The notes under the pieces are model-generated. The model saw nothing but the letters and a program-made list of their open reading frames with translations, did no database searches and was not told the DNA's origin. Below are positions 1-8,241 of a DNA stretch of 32,828 nucleotides, piece by piece (position 1 is the first letter of the stretch; each line of letters begins with the position of its first letter). The translations under genes were made by a program, and so were the position numbers. Source of the stretch: a virus; the UHGV virus genome UHGV-0144137; one strand, 5' to 3'.

Positions 1-53
1 TATCCAAAGCGGCATTGATGGCGATCGGGCAGGGCGTCAGGAGGGCTGCATGA
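1..53 (+). CDS. 3' end of an upstream nin-region ORF (NinB-like), partial
   Basis: Open frame from the window edge reading ...[16 protein letters not shown] to a TGA at 51-53 that overlaps the ninC ATG at 50 (ATGA coupling). Identity inferred from lambda nin gene order only. Confidence 0.3.
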   Translation, partial: SKAALMAIGQGVRRAA

Positions 54-895
54 TAAATGTCGTTAGTTTCTCCGGTGGCAGGACGTCAGCATATTTGCTC
101 TGGCTAATGGAGCAAAAGCGACAGGCAGGTGAAGACGTGCATTACGTTTTCATGGATACAGGGGCAGAGCACCCTAAAACATATGAGTTCATCCGAAATA
201 TCGTCAGTAACTGGAAAATAGACTTACATTGCCTTCGTGTAATACCTAATCCAGAAATGGGGAAGGCCAGTAGTTATGAAGAGATAGGTGTCAATGATAT
301 TGGTCCAGATCTTATACCGTGGAAAAGGATGTTAAATAAATACGGACATCCATATATCGGCGGTGCGTTCTGTACCGACAGAATGAAGTCTGTTCCATTC
401 ACCAAATATTGTCAGGAAAAGTTTGGGAAAGGAAATTACATCACATGGCTTGGCATTCGCACAGATGAACCAAACAGGCTTAAAAGGGCTAATGGTTTTC
501 GGTACCTGGCTGATATAAGCGATTTTGAAAAACAGGATGTGCTTGATTGGTGGAGTGAGCAGAAGTTTGATCTTGGCATACAGGAGCATCTTGGTAATTG
601 TGTTTTCTGCATAAAAAAAAGTATGCAAAAGGTGGCGCTGGCAGCCATGGATGAGCCAGAACTTGCAGATGCATTTATCAACATCCTTGATACAGAAATA
701 AAAACAGGAAAGGAACCGGTTATGTATCGAGGGAATAATACACTTAAATCACTGATTGCCTTGTTTAGTGATATATCAAGAGATGAGTTAGCCTCAAGAA
801 TGACATCAATGCGACAGTATGATTCAGGTTCGTGTTCTGAATCATGTGAAGCATTTTCATGTCAGCTTGGATTTAATTTTGAGGATGCGACATGA
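50..895 (+). CDS. ninC: NinC-like protein, PAPS reductase / PP-loop ATP pyrophosphatase fold
   Basis: 281 aa ORF; N-terminal PP-loop-like motif [12 protein letters not shown]; position immediately upstream of ninF as in lambda. Confidence 0.75.
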   Translation: MINVVSFSGGRTSAYLLWLMEQKRQAGEDVHYVFMDTGAEHPKTYEFIRNIVSNWKIDLHCLRVIPNPEMGKASSYEEIGVNDIGPDLIPWKRMLNKYGHPYIGGAFCTDRMKSVPFTKYCQEKFGKGNYITWLGIRTDEPNRLKRANGFRYLADISDFEKQDVLDWWSEQKFDLGIQEHLGNCVFCIKKSMQKVALAAMDEPELADAFINILDTEIKTGKEPVMYRGNNTLKSLIALFSDISRDELASRMTSMRQYDSGSCSESCEAFSCQLGFNFEDAT

Positions 896-1070
896 GACGA
901 CAGCGACGAAGTATCACCGACATCATCTGCGAAAACTGCAAATACCTTCCAACGAAACGCTCCAGAAATAAACGCAAGCCAATCCCAAAAGAATCTGACG
1001 TAAAAACCTTCAACTACACGGCTCACCTGTGGGATATCCGGTGGCTAAGACATCGTGCGAGGAAATGACA

Positions 1071-1439
1071 ATGGATTATTCACAGTTAAGTGATTTTGAA
1101 ATTAACAGAATGGTAGGAGACATAATTTTTAAAGGCCTTTGGGCATGTAAACCGGAAACGTCAGGGAATAACACCAACAAATGGTATTACGGAAATGCTG
1201 ATACAACTTTTGAGCCATTAAACCCTTTACCTGACTACTGCAATGATCCGAGCGCCTCATGGCCTGTAATCGCAAAACATCATATCAGCATATGTGCATA
1301 CGAAAGAAATAATCCTGGAATGAAGAATGAATATTGGTGGGAGGCGGATAGATTTTGTGAATTTATTACCATAGACAACAACACACTCCGCGCCGCCATG
1401 ATTGTATTTCTCATGATGCAGGACGCCAATAATGCTTAG
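1071..1439 (+). CDS. nin-region hypothetical protein (possibly NinX/DUF2591-like)
   Basis: ORF 1029..1439 in track; start moved to ATG at 1071 (MDYSQL...) which has a GAGGAA Shine-Dalgarno 6 nt upstream. Family name is a weak recollection. Confidence 0.5.
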   Translation: MDYSQLSDFEINRMVGDIIFKGLWACKPETSGNNTNKWYYGNADTTFEPLNPLPDYCNDPSASWPVIAKHHISICAYERNNPGMKNEYWWEADRFCEFITIDNNTLRAAMIVFLMMQDANNA

Positions 1440-1608
1440 TCCATCCCAATCACTTCAATACCAGAAAGAAAGCGTCGAGCGGGCTTTAACGTGCGCTAAC
1501 TGCGGTCAGAAGCTGCATGTGCTGGAAGTTCACGTGTGTGAGCACTGCTGCGCAGAACTGATGAGCGATCCGAATAGCTCAATGTACGAGGAAGAAAACG
1601 ATGAGTGA
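1432..1608 (+). CDS. ninF: NinF-like small zinc-binding protein
   Basis: 58 aa ORF below the track threshold, translated by hand: MLSPSQSLQYQKESVERALTCANCGQKLHVLEVHVCEHCCAELMSDPNSSMYEEENDE; CxxC...CxxC motif; start overlaps the stop of the preceding ORF. Confidence 0.65.
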   Translation: MLSPSQSLQYQKESVERALTCANCGQKLHVLEVHVCEHCCAELMSDPNSSMYEEENDE

Positions 1609-1813
1609 TTACCTGAAATGGTATCTCTGCCACCGCTGGTTAATTAAGTTTGCTGTAAAAGACTGGATGACAGCGGATGCCAACAAGCTTAAACAACGAA
1701 AGGACTATTACTACGCCAGAATGAAGGAAAACTACTGCTCAATTCGCACTCGCATATTTATTAAAAAAGACCTTCAGTCAATTCTTCAGTTGCGAGGGAA
1801 GGTAAATGGCTAA
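1601..1813 (+). CDS. hypothetical nin-region protein
   Basis: 70 aa ORF, translationally coupled to neighbours; no recognisable motif. Confidence 0.45.
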   Translation: MSDYLKWYLCHRWLIKFAVKDWMTADANKLKQRKDYYYARMKENYCSIRTRIFIKKDLQSILQLRGKVNG

Positions 1814-2096
1814 CCTACGCAAAGAAGCGCGCGGCAGAGAATGCCAGGTACGTATTTACGGCGTATGCAATGGCAACCCTGAAACTACAGTTCTGGCACA
1901 TTACCGGATGGCTGGAATTTGCGGAACGGGAATGAAACCTGACGACCTGATCGGCGCATGGGCTTGTAGCGCGTGTCACGATGAAGTCGACCGACGCACC
2001 CATAACCTCGACAACAAAGACGCCAGACTTTACCACCTCGAAGGCGTGATCAGGACGCAGGCGATACTGCTGAAGGAGGGGAAGATTAAGTCATGA
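1806..2096 (+). CDS. YbcO-like DUF1364 protein (putative metal-binding nuclease)
   Basis: 96 aa; RGRECQVRI...CNGNPETTVLAH...CSACHDEVDRR pattern matches my recollection of the DLP12 YbcO family; sits directly upstream of rusA as in DLP12-type nin regions. Confidence 0.7.
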   Translation: MANLRKEARGRECQVRIYGVCNGNPETTVLAHYRMAGICGTGMKPDDLIGAWACSACHDEVDRRTHNLDNKDARLYHLEGVIRTQAILLKEGKIKS

Positions 2097-2455
2097 ACGA
2101 ATATCAGTTTGTGCTTCCATACCCGCCGTCGGTGAATACCTACTGGCGAAGACGGGGAAGCCAATACTACATCAGCGATAAAGGCCAGAAATACCGAAAA
2201 GACGTTCAGCAAATCATCCGCCAACTCAAGTTAGATATTTTCACCAAATCACGACTCCGCATCAAAGTCATCGCAGACGTTCCAGACTCCCGCCGCCGCG
2301 ACCTCGATAACATCCTGAAGGGTTTACTCGACTCCCTTATCCACGCCGGATTTGCGGAAGACGACGAGCAATTCGATGACATTCGCGTAATTCGTGGCGT
2401 GAAAGTACCAGGCGGAAGGCTTGGAATAAAAATCACCGAACTGGAGAACGTATGA
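2093..2455 (+). CDS. rusA: RusA Holliday-junction resolvase
   Basis: 120 aa; LPYPPSVNTYW...RRRDLDN...DD...VPGGRL pattern typical of RusA; ATGA overlap with upstream gene. Confidence 0.85.
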   Translation: MNEYQFVLPYPPSVNTYWRRRGSQYYISDKGQKYRKDVQQIIRQLKLDIFTKSRLRIKVIADVPDSRRRDLDNILKGLLDSLIHAGFAEDDEQFDDIRVIRGVKVPGGRLGIKITELENV

Positions 2456-2640
2456 ACGCCACAATTCAAACGATACCAGAGCTTCTTATCCAGACACGAG
2501 GCAATCAGACCGAAGTGGCGAGGATGCTTTCCTGCGCAAGAGGAACAGTGCTCAAGTACAACCGAGACAGCAAAGGCGAGCGTCACGTAATAGTTAACGG
2601 CGTCCTGATGGTCACGCCAGGCAAAAAGGGAAGACGATGA
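2452..2640 (+). CDS. ninH: NinH-like small DNA-binding protein
   Basis: 62 aa; TIPELLIQTRGNQTEVARMLSCARGTVLKY resembles the lambda NinH helix-turn-helix segment; immediately upstream of Q. Confidence 0.7.
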   Translation: MNATIQTIPELLIQTRGNQTEVARMLSCARGTVLKYNRDSKGERHVIVNGVLMVTPGKKGRR

Positions 2641-3260
2641 GACTCGAAAGCGTAGCTAAATTTCACTCGCCAAAAAGCCCGATGATGAGCGACTCACCAC
2701 GGGCTACGGCTTCTGACTCTCTTTCCGGTACTGATGTGATGGCTGCTATGGGGATGGCGCAATCACAAGCCGGATTCGGAATGGCTGCATTCTGTGGTAA
2801 GCACGAACTCAGCCAGAACGACAAACAAAAGGCTATCAACTATCTGATGCAATTTGCACACAAGGTATCGGGGAAATACCGTGGTGTGGCAAAGCTTGAA
2901 GGAAATACTAAGGCAAAGGTACTGCAAGTGCTCGCAACATTCGCTTATGCGGATTATTGCCGTAGTGCCGCGACGCCGGGCGCAAGATGCAGAGATTGCC
3001 ACGGTACAGGCCGTGCGGTTGATATAGCCAAAACAGAGCAGTGGGGGAGAGTTGTTGAGAAAGAGTGCGGAAGATGCAAAGGTGTCGGCTATTCAAGAAT
3101 GCCAGCAAGCGCCGCATATCGCGCTGTAACGATGCTAATCCCAAACCTTACTCAACCCACCTGGTCACGCACTGTTAAGCCGCTGTATGACGCTCTGGTG
3201 GTGCAATGCCACAAAGAAGAGTCAATCGCAGACAACATATTGAATGCGGTCACACGTTAG
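2637..3260 (+). CDS. Q: Late-gene antiterminator Q (lambda type)
   Basis: 207 aa; sequence MRLESVAKFHSPKSPMMSDSPRATASD...CRDCHGTGR...CGRCKGVGY matches lambda Q as I recall it, including the zinc-finger cysteines; followed by a lambda-like pR'/tR' leader. Confidence 0.93.
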   Translation: MRLESVAKFHSPKSPMMSDSPRATASDSLSGTDVMAAMGMAQSQAGFGMAAFCGKHELSQNDKQKAINYLMQFAHKVSGKYRGVAKLEGNTKAKVLQVLATFAYADYCRSAATPGARCRDCHGTGRAVDIAKTEQWGRVVEKECGRCKGVGYSRMPASAAYRAVTMLIPNLTQPTWSRTVKPLYDALVVQCHKEESIADNILNAVTR

Positions 3261-3302
3261 CAGCATGATTGCCACGGATGGCAACATATTAACGGCATGA
3301 TA

Positions 3303-3331
3303 TTGACTTATTGAATAAAGTTGGGTAAATT
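3303..3331 (+). promoter_or_regulatory. Late promoter pR' (with overlapping qut region)
   Basis: TTGACT (3303-3308), 17 bp spacer, TAAATT (3326-3331), directly downstream of Q; the surrounding sequence is near-identical to the lambda pR' region as recalled. Confidence 0.7.
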
Positions 3332-3337
3332 TGACTC

Positions 3338-3530
3338 AACGATGGGTTAATTCGCTCGTTGTGGTAGTGAGATGAAAAGAGGCGGCGCTTACTACCGATT
3401 CCGCCTAGTTGGTCACTTCGACGTATCGTCTGGAACTCCAACCATCGCAGGCTGAGAGGTCTGCAAAATGCAATCCCGAAACAGTTCGCAGGTAATAGTT
3501 AGAGCCTGCACAACGGTTTCGGGATTTTTT
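3338..3530 (+). ncRNA. 6S-type short late leader transcript (pR' to tR')
   Basis: Inferred from the pR' and tR' positions; in lambda this short transcript terminates at tR' in the absence of Q. Exact 5' end not determinable from sequence alone. Confidence 0.45.
3472..3530 (+). terminator. tR' intrinsic terminator
   Basis: Long GC-rich inverted repeat AATCCCGAAAC...GTTTCGGGATT followed by TTTTTTAT. Confidence 0.8.
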
Positions 3531-3534
3531 ATTT

Positions 3535-3609
3535 GGGTCAGTCGTATAAAGGTCATTACGGAAGGCTGTTAACCTTCTTATCGTGGTTCGAGTCCACGCT
3601 GTCCCGCCA
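3535..3609 (+). tRNA. tRNA-like gene, anticodon GTT (Asn) by manual folding
   Basis: Manual cloverleaf: acceptor GGGTCAG/CTGTCCC (one T-T mismatch at 4-69), D-loop with GG, anticodon stem GAAGG/CCTTC with loop CTGTTAA, T-arm CGTGG-TTCGAGT-CCACG, discriminator G, encoded CCA. The mismatch leaves pseudogene status open. Confidence 0.55.
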
Positions 3610-3614
3610 AATAT

Positions 3615-3690
3615 GCTGGTTTAGCTCCAATGGTAGAGCAGTCGCCTTGTAAGCGAATGGGTAGCGGTTCAAGTCCGTTAACCAGCACCA
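3615..3690 (+). tRNA. tRNA gene, anticodon TGT (Thr) by manual folding
   Basis: 76 nt cloverleaf: fully paired acceptor GCTGGTT/AACCAGC, D-arm TAGCTC...GGTAGAGC, anticodon loop CTTGTAA, T-arm AGCGG-TTCAAGT-CCGTT, discriminator A, encoded CCA. Confidence 0.7.
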
Positions 3691-3934
3691 TAACTGAGCC
3701 GTAGCCACTGGCTATCCTGAATTCATCATTGATAGTTACGCTGCGGCCTTCTACACATGACCTTCGTGAAAGCGGGTGGCAGGAGGTCGCGCTAACAACC
3801 TCCTGCCGTTTTGCCCGTGCATATCGGTCACGAACAAATCTGTTTACTAAACACAGTAGCCTGGATTTGTTCTATCAGTAATCGACCTTATTCCTAATTA
3901 AATAGAGCAAATCCCCTCAATGAAGGGGTAGAGC

Positions 3935-4138
3935 ATGTACCGTATGGACAAAATCAGAGAATGGTTCAGTTACAGCTTCGGAGGACTGACTGCGATGGGT
4001 GGCATTCTCTCCCTGAATGACTGGGCTGTCATCATTGGTATTCTTTGTACTGTCGGCACATTTGGCATCAACTGGTACTACAAGCGCAAAGAGCGCGAGG
4101 ACAGATTGAATGGCAATGTCACCGGCACTACGAAATAG
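3935..4138 (+). CDS. Holin, phage-21-like pinholin candidate with dual start (M1/M4)
   Basis: 67 aa; N-terminus MYRMDK resembles the S21 dual-start motif; a glycine-rich weakly hydrophobic TMD1 ([13 protein letters not shown]) followed by a stronger TMD2 and a charged C-terminus; directly upstream of a SAR endolysin. Confidence 0.7.
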   Translation: MYRMDKIREWFSYSFGGLTAMGGILSLNDWAVIIGILCTVGTFGINWYYKRKEREDRLNGNVTGTTK

Positions 4139-4613
4139 CGTAATAGCGGCGATAAGTGGTGGGGCTATTGCTATAGCATCTGTGTTAATCACTGGGCCAA
4201 GTGGTAACGATGGTCTGGAAGGTGTCAGCTACATACCATACAAAGATATTGTTGGTGTATGGACTGTATGTCACGGACATACCGGAAAAGACATCATGCT
4301 CGGTAAAACGTATACCGAAGCAGAATGCAAAGCCCTCCTGAATAAAGACCTTGCCACGGTCGCCAGACAAATTAACCCGTACATCAAAGTCGATATACCG
4401 GAAACAACGCGCGGCGCTCTTTATTCGTTCGTCTATAACGTGGGCGCAGGCAATTTCAGAACATCGACGCTTCTTCGCAAAATCAACCAGGGCGATATCA
4501 ATGGCGCATGTGACCAGCTACGTCGCTGGACATACGCTGGCGGTAAGCAATGGAAAGGGCTGATGACTCGCCGTGAGATTGAGCGTGAAGTCTGTTTGTG
4601 GGGGCAGCAATGA
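4110..4613 (+). CDS. SAR endolysin (T4-lysozyme-like muramidase, GH24)
   Basis: 167 aa; N-terminal Gly/Ala-rich signal-anchor-release segment ([16 protein letters not shown]) then E...D...T catalytic pattern ([24 protein letters not shown]); start overlaps the holin 3' end. Confidence 0.85.
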   Translation: MAMSPALRNSVIAAISGGAIAIASVLITGPSGNDGLEGVSYIPYKDIVGVWTVCHGHTGKDIMLGKTYTEAECKALLNKDLATVARQINPYIKVDIPETTRGALYSFVYNVGAGNFRTSTLLRKINQGDINGACDQLRRWTYAGGKQWKGLMTRREIEREVCLWGQQ

Positions 4614-4701
4614 GCATGATTTGCTTTTTCATGGCAGCGTTGCTCGCATTGAATGGCAACGATGCGTGGCCGTGGTTTCTGGCCGTTGGGGTGTTGATGT
4701 C

Positions 4702-5160
4702 ATGAGTCGGTTAACCGCGATTATCTCCGCTCTGGTTATCTGCATCATTGTCTGCCTGTCATGGGCTGTTAATCATTACCGTGATAACGCAATCGCCTAC
4801 AAAGAGCAGCGCGATAACAAGGCCAGTGAACTGGAGAAGGCGAACGCCACCATCGCTGACATGCGGAAGCGTCAACGTGATGTAGCAGAACTCGACGCAA
4901 GATACACAAAGGAGCTTGCTGATGCTAACGCGACTATCGAAAGTCTCCGTGCTGATGTTTCTGCTGGTCGTAAGCGCCTGCAAGTCGCCGCCACCTGTGC
5001 AAAGTCAACGACCGGAGCCAGCGGCATGGGCGATGGAGAAAGCCCAGGACTTACAGCAGATGCTGAACTCAATTATTACCGTCTCCGAAGTGGAATCGAC
5101 AGGATAACCGCGCAGGTTAACTACCTGCAGGAGTACACCAGGACTCAGTGCTTAAAATAA
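4702..5160 (+). CDS. Rz: Rz (i-spanin)
   Basis: Track ORF 4573..5160 trimmed to the internal ATG at 4702 ([21 protein letters not shown]...): N-terminal TMD then coiled-coil-rich periplasmic domain; the upstream extension overlaps the endolysin. Confidence 0.8.
   Translation: MSRLTAIISALVICIIVCLSWAVNHYRDNAIAYKEQRDNKASELEKANATIADMRKRQRDVAELDARYTKELADANATIESLRADVSAGRKRLQVAATCAKSTTGASGMGDGESPGLTADAELNYYRLRSGIDRITAQVNYLQEYTRTQCLK
4916..5107 (+). CDS. Rz1: Rz1 (o-spanin lipoprotein), embedded in Rz in the +1 frame
   Basis: 63 aa; signal peptide with lipobox VVSAC followed by a proline-rich segment ([13 protein letters not shown]); fully embedded in Rz. Confidence 0.75.
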   Translation: MLMLTRLSKVSVLMFLLVVSACKSPPPVQSQRPEPAAWAMEKAQDLQQMLNSIITVSEVESTG

Positions 5161-5202
5161 TTTTAACTTCACTGAAATTTAACAAGTGACTTTCAGGAAA
5201 AT

Positions 5203-5226
5203 GCCTCGCAGAAGCGGGGCTTTTTT
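5203..5226 (+). terminator. Intrinsic terminator after the lysis cassette
   Basis: 7 bp stem GCCTCGC / GCGGGGC (one G-U pair) with loop AGAA, followed by TTTTTT. Confidence 0.6.
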
Positions 5227-5373
5227 ATGTCCTCAGTAAATGCGCTTCACACGCGCGACTTATGAACACAGAGCCTTTCAGGATGACCCTTGAGGATGCC
5301 GGTTTGGTTATCGGTGCCTTTCTGTGGGCCGGAATCCTGTGTGACAAGGTTCATCACTAAAAGGTAATTACCG

Positions 5374-5916
5374 ATGAATTATCCAACTATCGTTGACGGC
5401 ATTGATTTCAAAGAACTGGTTTTTATTACCAACAATGACCCTGTCACCGATTCATTTATGGTGGCGAAAGCATTTCGTAAGCGACATGACAACGTTGTGC
5501 GTGATGTAGAAAGAACAATCGCTGCTTGTCCTGAAGAGTTTGATACAAAACTCAATTTTGAGGTTTGCTATAAAAACAATGAGTTACAGAATGGTAAGCC
5601 ACAAAAATTCTATCGGCTACGTAAGGATGGGTTGATGCTTTTGGTTATGTCCTACACCAAAAAAGAAGCAATGCGTATCAAAATTGCTTACATCAACGCA
5701 TTCAACTGGATGTACGCCATGCTTCAGGTTGGTAATCGTCAATTTGAAGAAGAGCGAAATGCCGTAATGCTGGAGTACATGAAAGAGAAGGATGTTGCCA
5801 GCATGTCAGGTCGCCTGCTAAATCGCTGGGGAAAAATTAAGAAGCCACAGCTGCTGGCTAGAATTGAACGCCTTGAACAGCACGGGCAAACCGTAATCCC
5901 CGGACTCACCAATTAA
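5374..5916 (+). CDS. rha: Rha-family phage regulatory protein
   Basis: 180 aa; N-terminal motif VAKAFRKRHDNVVRDVERTI characteristic of the Rha family; located between the lysis and packaging genes as in P22-like phages. Confidence 0.8.
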   Translation: MNYPTIVDGIDFKELVFITNNDPVTDSFMVAKAFRKRHDNVVRDVERTIAACPEEFDTKLNFEVCYKNNELQNGKPQKFYRLRKDGLMLLVMSYTKKEAMRIKIAYINAFNWMYAMLQVGNRQFEEERNAVMLEYMKEKDVASMSGRLLNRWGKIKKPQLLARIERLEQHGQTVIPGLTN

Positions 5917-6144
5917 CGGCAGCACCGCGAAACAACCCAAGCCAGTAAGTGGGGGAAATAACACTGGCAGCCACTGAAAGATGAATCTCCAGCCTTATGG
6001 CAAAAAAGATTCTTTGTGGTGGCGGACTGATGGAAAGACATCGGTTATTGCAGAGGCCATTCAATGAATGGTCTCGACAATGGCTTATACCCTACACGGG
6101 ATAACTTAACTGATATCCCTTTTAACGGATAAACGGAGCCAACA

Positions 6145-6387
6145 ATGGCAGAGATTATTCCCATGACTGAAGAACAGAAATTCCAGTTAGAGATTTACAA
6201 GCTGGTCATGAACCAGAACGCAGCCGCAGAGGAAGCATTTCAGTTCATTGGCACTGACGAGCTGAAGCTTGAGCTATTCAAAATTCACTTCCAGTCAGGC
6301 GGCGCTAATTCAGATATCACGACCCGCACTATCGAAGCGGTGCGTAAATCGAAGGAAGCGTTAGACCTGTTTACTACCGGAGCATAA
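6145..6387 (+). CDS. hypothetical protein upstream of small terminase
   Basis: 80 aa ORF, 2 nt from the terS start; no recognisable motif. Confidence 0.45.
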   Translation: MAEIIPMTEEQKFQLEIYKLVMNQNAAAEEAFQFIGTDELKLELFKIHFQSGGANSDITTRTIEAVRKSKEALDLFTTGA

Positions 6388-6389
6388 AC

Positions 6390-6830
6390 ATGGCGCGCCC
6401 AACAAAGTATCAAGAGGCGTACGCCGAACAGGCACGCAAACTGTGCTTGCTGGGCTACACCGATGCAGAGCTTGCTGATTTCTTTGAAGTCAGTGAGTCA
6501 ACTATTAACAAGTGGAAGCTTGATTATCCTAAGTTTTCGGAGTCCATAAAAAAGGGTAAGGCCGTCGCTGATGCAGAAGTTAGTGATCGTCTTTATCAAC
6601 GCGCTATGGGCTTCGTGGCTCCAGATATCGATATTCGTGTTATTGAAAACAGAATTGTCGAAACTCCGCTTGAGAAGTATTACCCGCCTGATACAACCGC
6701 TGCCATTTTCTGGCTTAAGAACCGACAGAAGGATAAATGGCGCGACAAGGTTGATCACGAGCTAACAGGCAAAGACGGCGGCGCAATCCAGATTGAAACA
6801 TCACCGATGAGCACTCTGTTCGGAAAATGA
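6390..6830 (+). CDS. Terminase small subunit (Sf6 gp1-like)
   Basis: 146 aa; C-terminal ELTGKDGGAIQIETSPMSTLFGK matches my recollection of Sf6 small terminase; immediately upstream of the large terminase with ATGA overlap. Confidence 0.8.
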   Translation: MARPTKYQEAYAEQARKLCLLGYTDAELADFFEVSESTINKWKLDYPKFSESIKKGKAVADAEVSDRLYQRAMGFVAPDIDIRVIENRIVETPLEKYYPPDTTAAIFWLKNRQKDKWRDKVDHELTGKDGGAIQIETSPMSTLFGK

Positions 6831-8239
6831 CCTCGATTAATCCTATCTTTGAACCGTTCATTGAGGCGCATCGCTACAAAGTCGCCAAAGGCGGTCGAGG
6901 TAGCGGTAAGTCATGGGCAATTGCGAGGCTGCTTGTTGAAGCGGCGCGTCGGCAGCCTGTGCGCATCCTCTGTGCTCGTGAACTGCAAAACAGTATCAGC
7001 GATTCGGTAATCCGGTTGCTTGAAGACACCATAGAGCGGGAAGGGTATTCGGCCGAGTTTGAAATTCAGCGTTCAATGATTCGTCATCTCGGAACGAATG
7101 CTGAATTCATGTTCTACGGCATCAAAAACAACCCGACGAAGATTAAATCGCTCGAAGGCATTGATATCTGCTGGGTGGAAGAAGCGGAAGCGGTAACGAA
7201 GGAATCGTGGGATATCCTGATTCCAACCATCCGTAAGCCATTTTCCGAAATATGGGTAAGTTTCAACCCGAAAAACATCCTCGACGATACCTATCAGCGA
7301 TTCGTCGTAAATCCTCCCGATGATATTTGCCTGCTGACGGTGAACTACACCGACAACCCGCACTTTCCTGAAGTTCTCCGTCTGGAGATGGAAGAGTGCA
7401 AACGCAGAAATCCGACGCTGTATCGTCACATCTGGCTGGGTGAGCCAGTGAGCGCAAGTGATATGGCAATCATCAAACGTGAATGGCTTGAAGCCGCAAC
7501 CGATGCGCACAAGAAACTCGGATGGAAAGCGAAAGGCGCTGTTGTCTCTGCACATGACCCGTCAGATACAGGACCGGATGCTAAAGGTTATGCATCGCGC
7601 CACGGTTCGGTAGTTAAGCGCATTGCCGAAGGTCTGCTGATGGACATCAACGAGGGTGCTGACTGGGCTACTTCGCTGGCGATTGAAGACGGCGCTGACC
7701 ATTACCTGTGGGATGGTGATGGTGTTGGTGCCGGGCTACGCAGACAGACAACGGAAGCGTTCTCCGGCAAGAAAATCACCGCCACGATGTTCAAGGGCAG
7801 CGAATCGCCATTCGATGAAGATGCGCCATATCAGGCCGGAGCATGGGCTGATGAAGTCGTACAGGGCGACAATGTTCGCACTATTGGCGATGTATTCCGC
7901 AATAAGAGAGCGCAATTCTATTACGCGCTGGCTGACAGGCTGTATCTGACATATCGGGCGGTTGTTCACGGTGAGTATGCAGACCCAGACGACATGCTGA
8001 GTTTCGACAAAGAAGCGATAGGCGAGAAGATGCTGGAGAAGCTGTTTGCAGAACTGACGCAGATTCAGCGCAAATTCAATAACAACGGGAAGCTGGAGCT
8101 AATGACTAAGGTCGAAATGAAGCAGAAGCTCGGTATTCCATCTCCTAACCTGGCTGATGCGCTGATGATGTGTATGCATTGCCCGGCATTGGTCCGCGAA
8201 GAAACAGAAATATACGTTCCCTCATCCTCCGGTTGGTAA
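6827..8239 (+). CDS. Terminase large subunit
   Basis: 470 aa; Walker A motif KGGRGSGKS near the N-terminus, nuclease half downstream; size and order match Sf6/P22-like TerL. Confidence 0.9.
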   Translation: MTSINPIFEPFIEAHRYKVAKGGRGSGKSWAIARLLVEAARRQPVRILCARELQNSISDSVIRLLEDTIEREGYSAEFEIQRSMIRHLGTNAEFMFYGIKNNPTKIKSLEGIDICWVEEAEAVTKESWDILIPTIRKPFSEIWVSFNPKNILDDTYQRFVVNPPDDICLLTVNYTDNPHFPEVLRLEMEECKRRNPTLYRHIWLGEPVSASDMAIIKREWLEAATDAHKKLGWKAKGAVVSAHDPSDTGPDAKGYASRHGSVVKRIAEGLLMDINEGADWATSLAIEDGADHYLWDGDGVGAGLRRQTTEAFSGKKITATMFKGSESPFDEDAPYQAGAWADEVVQGDNVRTIGDVFRNKRAQFYYALADRLYLTYRAVVHGEYADPDDMLSFDKEAIGEKMLEKLFAELTQIQRKFNNNGKLELMTKVEMKQKLGIPSPNLADALMMCMHCPALVREETEIYVPSSSGW

Positions 8240-8241
8240 AC

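Noticed and set aside
332-684. Three overlapping minus-strand ORFs (61-98 aa) inside ninC
   Set aside because: Antisense to a well-supported gene, no start context, low-complexity translations; treated as spurious.
3535-3934. Possible toxin or cargo gene downstream of the tRNAs (Stx-phage-like Q-tRNA-toxin arrangement)
   Set aside because: No ORF of meaningful size lies between the tRNAs and the holin; the interval is lambda-like leader sequence.
4573-4701. N-terminal extension of the Rz ORF
   Set aside because: Overlaps the endolysin; the internal ATG at 4702 gives the expected TMD-first i-spanin.
5262-5360. 32 aa hydrophobic ORF between the Rz terminator and rha
   Set aside because: Too short, and lacks a convincing ribosome-binding site; cannot be supported from sequence alone.
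7073-7969. Minus-strand and alternative-frame ORFs (68-160 aa) inside the large terminase gene
   Set aside because: Fully embedded in a confidently called gene; no independent signal.
8170-8241. Upstream extension of the portal ORF overlapping terL
   Set aside because: The internal ATG at 8242 gives a non-overlapping gene with a typical portal N-terminus; the extension is read-through of the terL 3' end in another frame.
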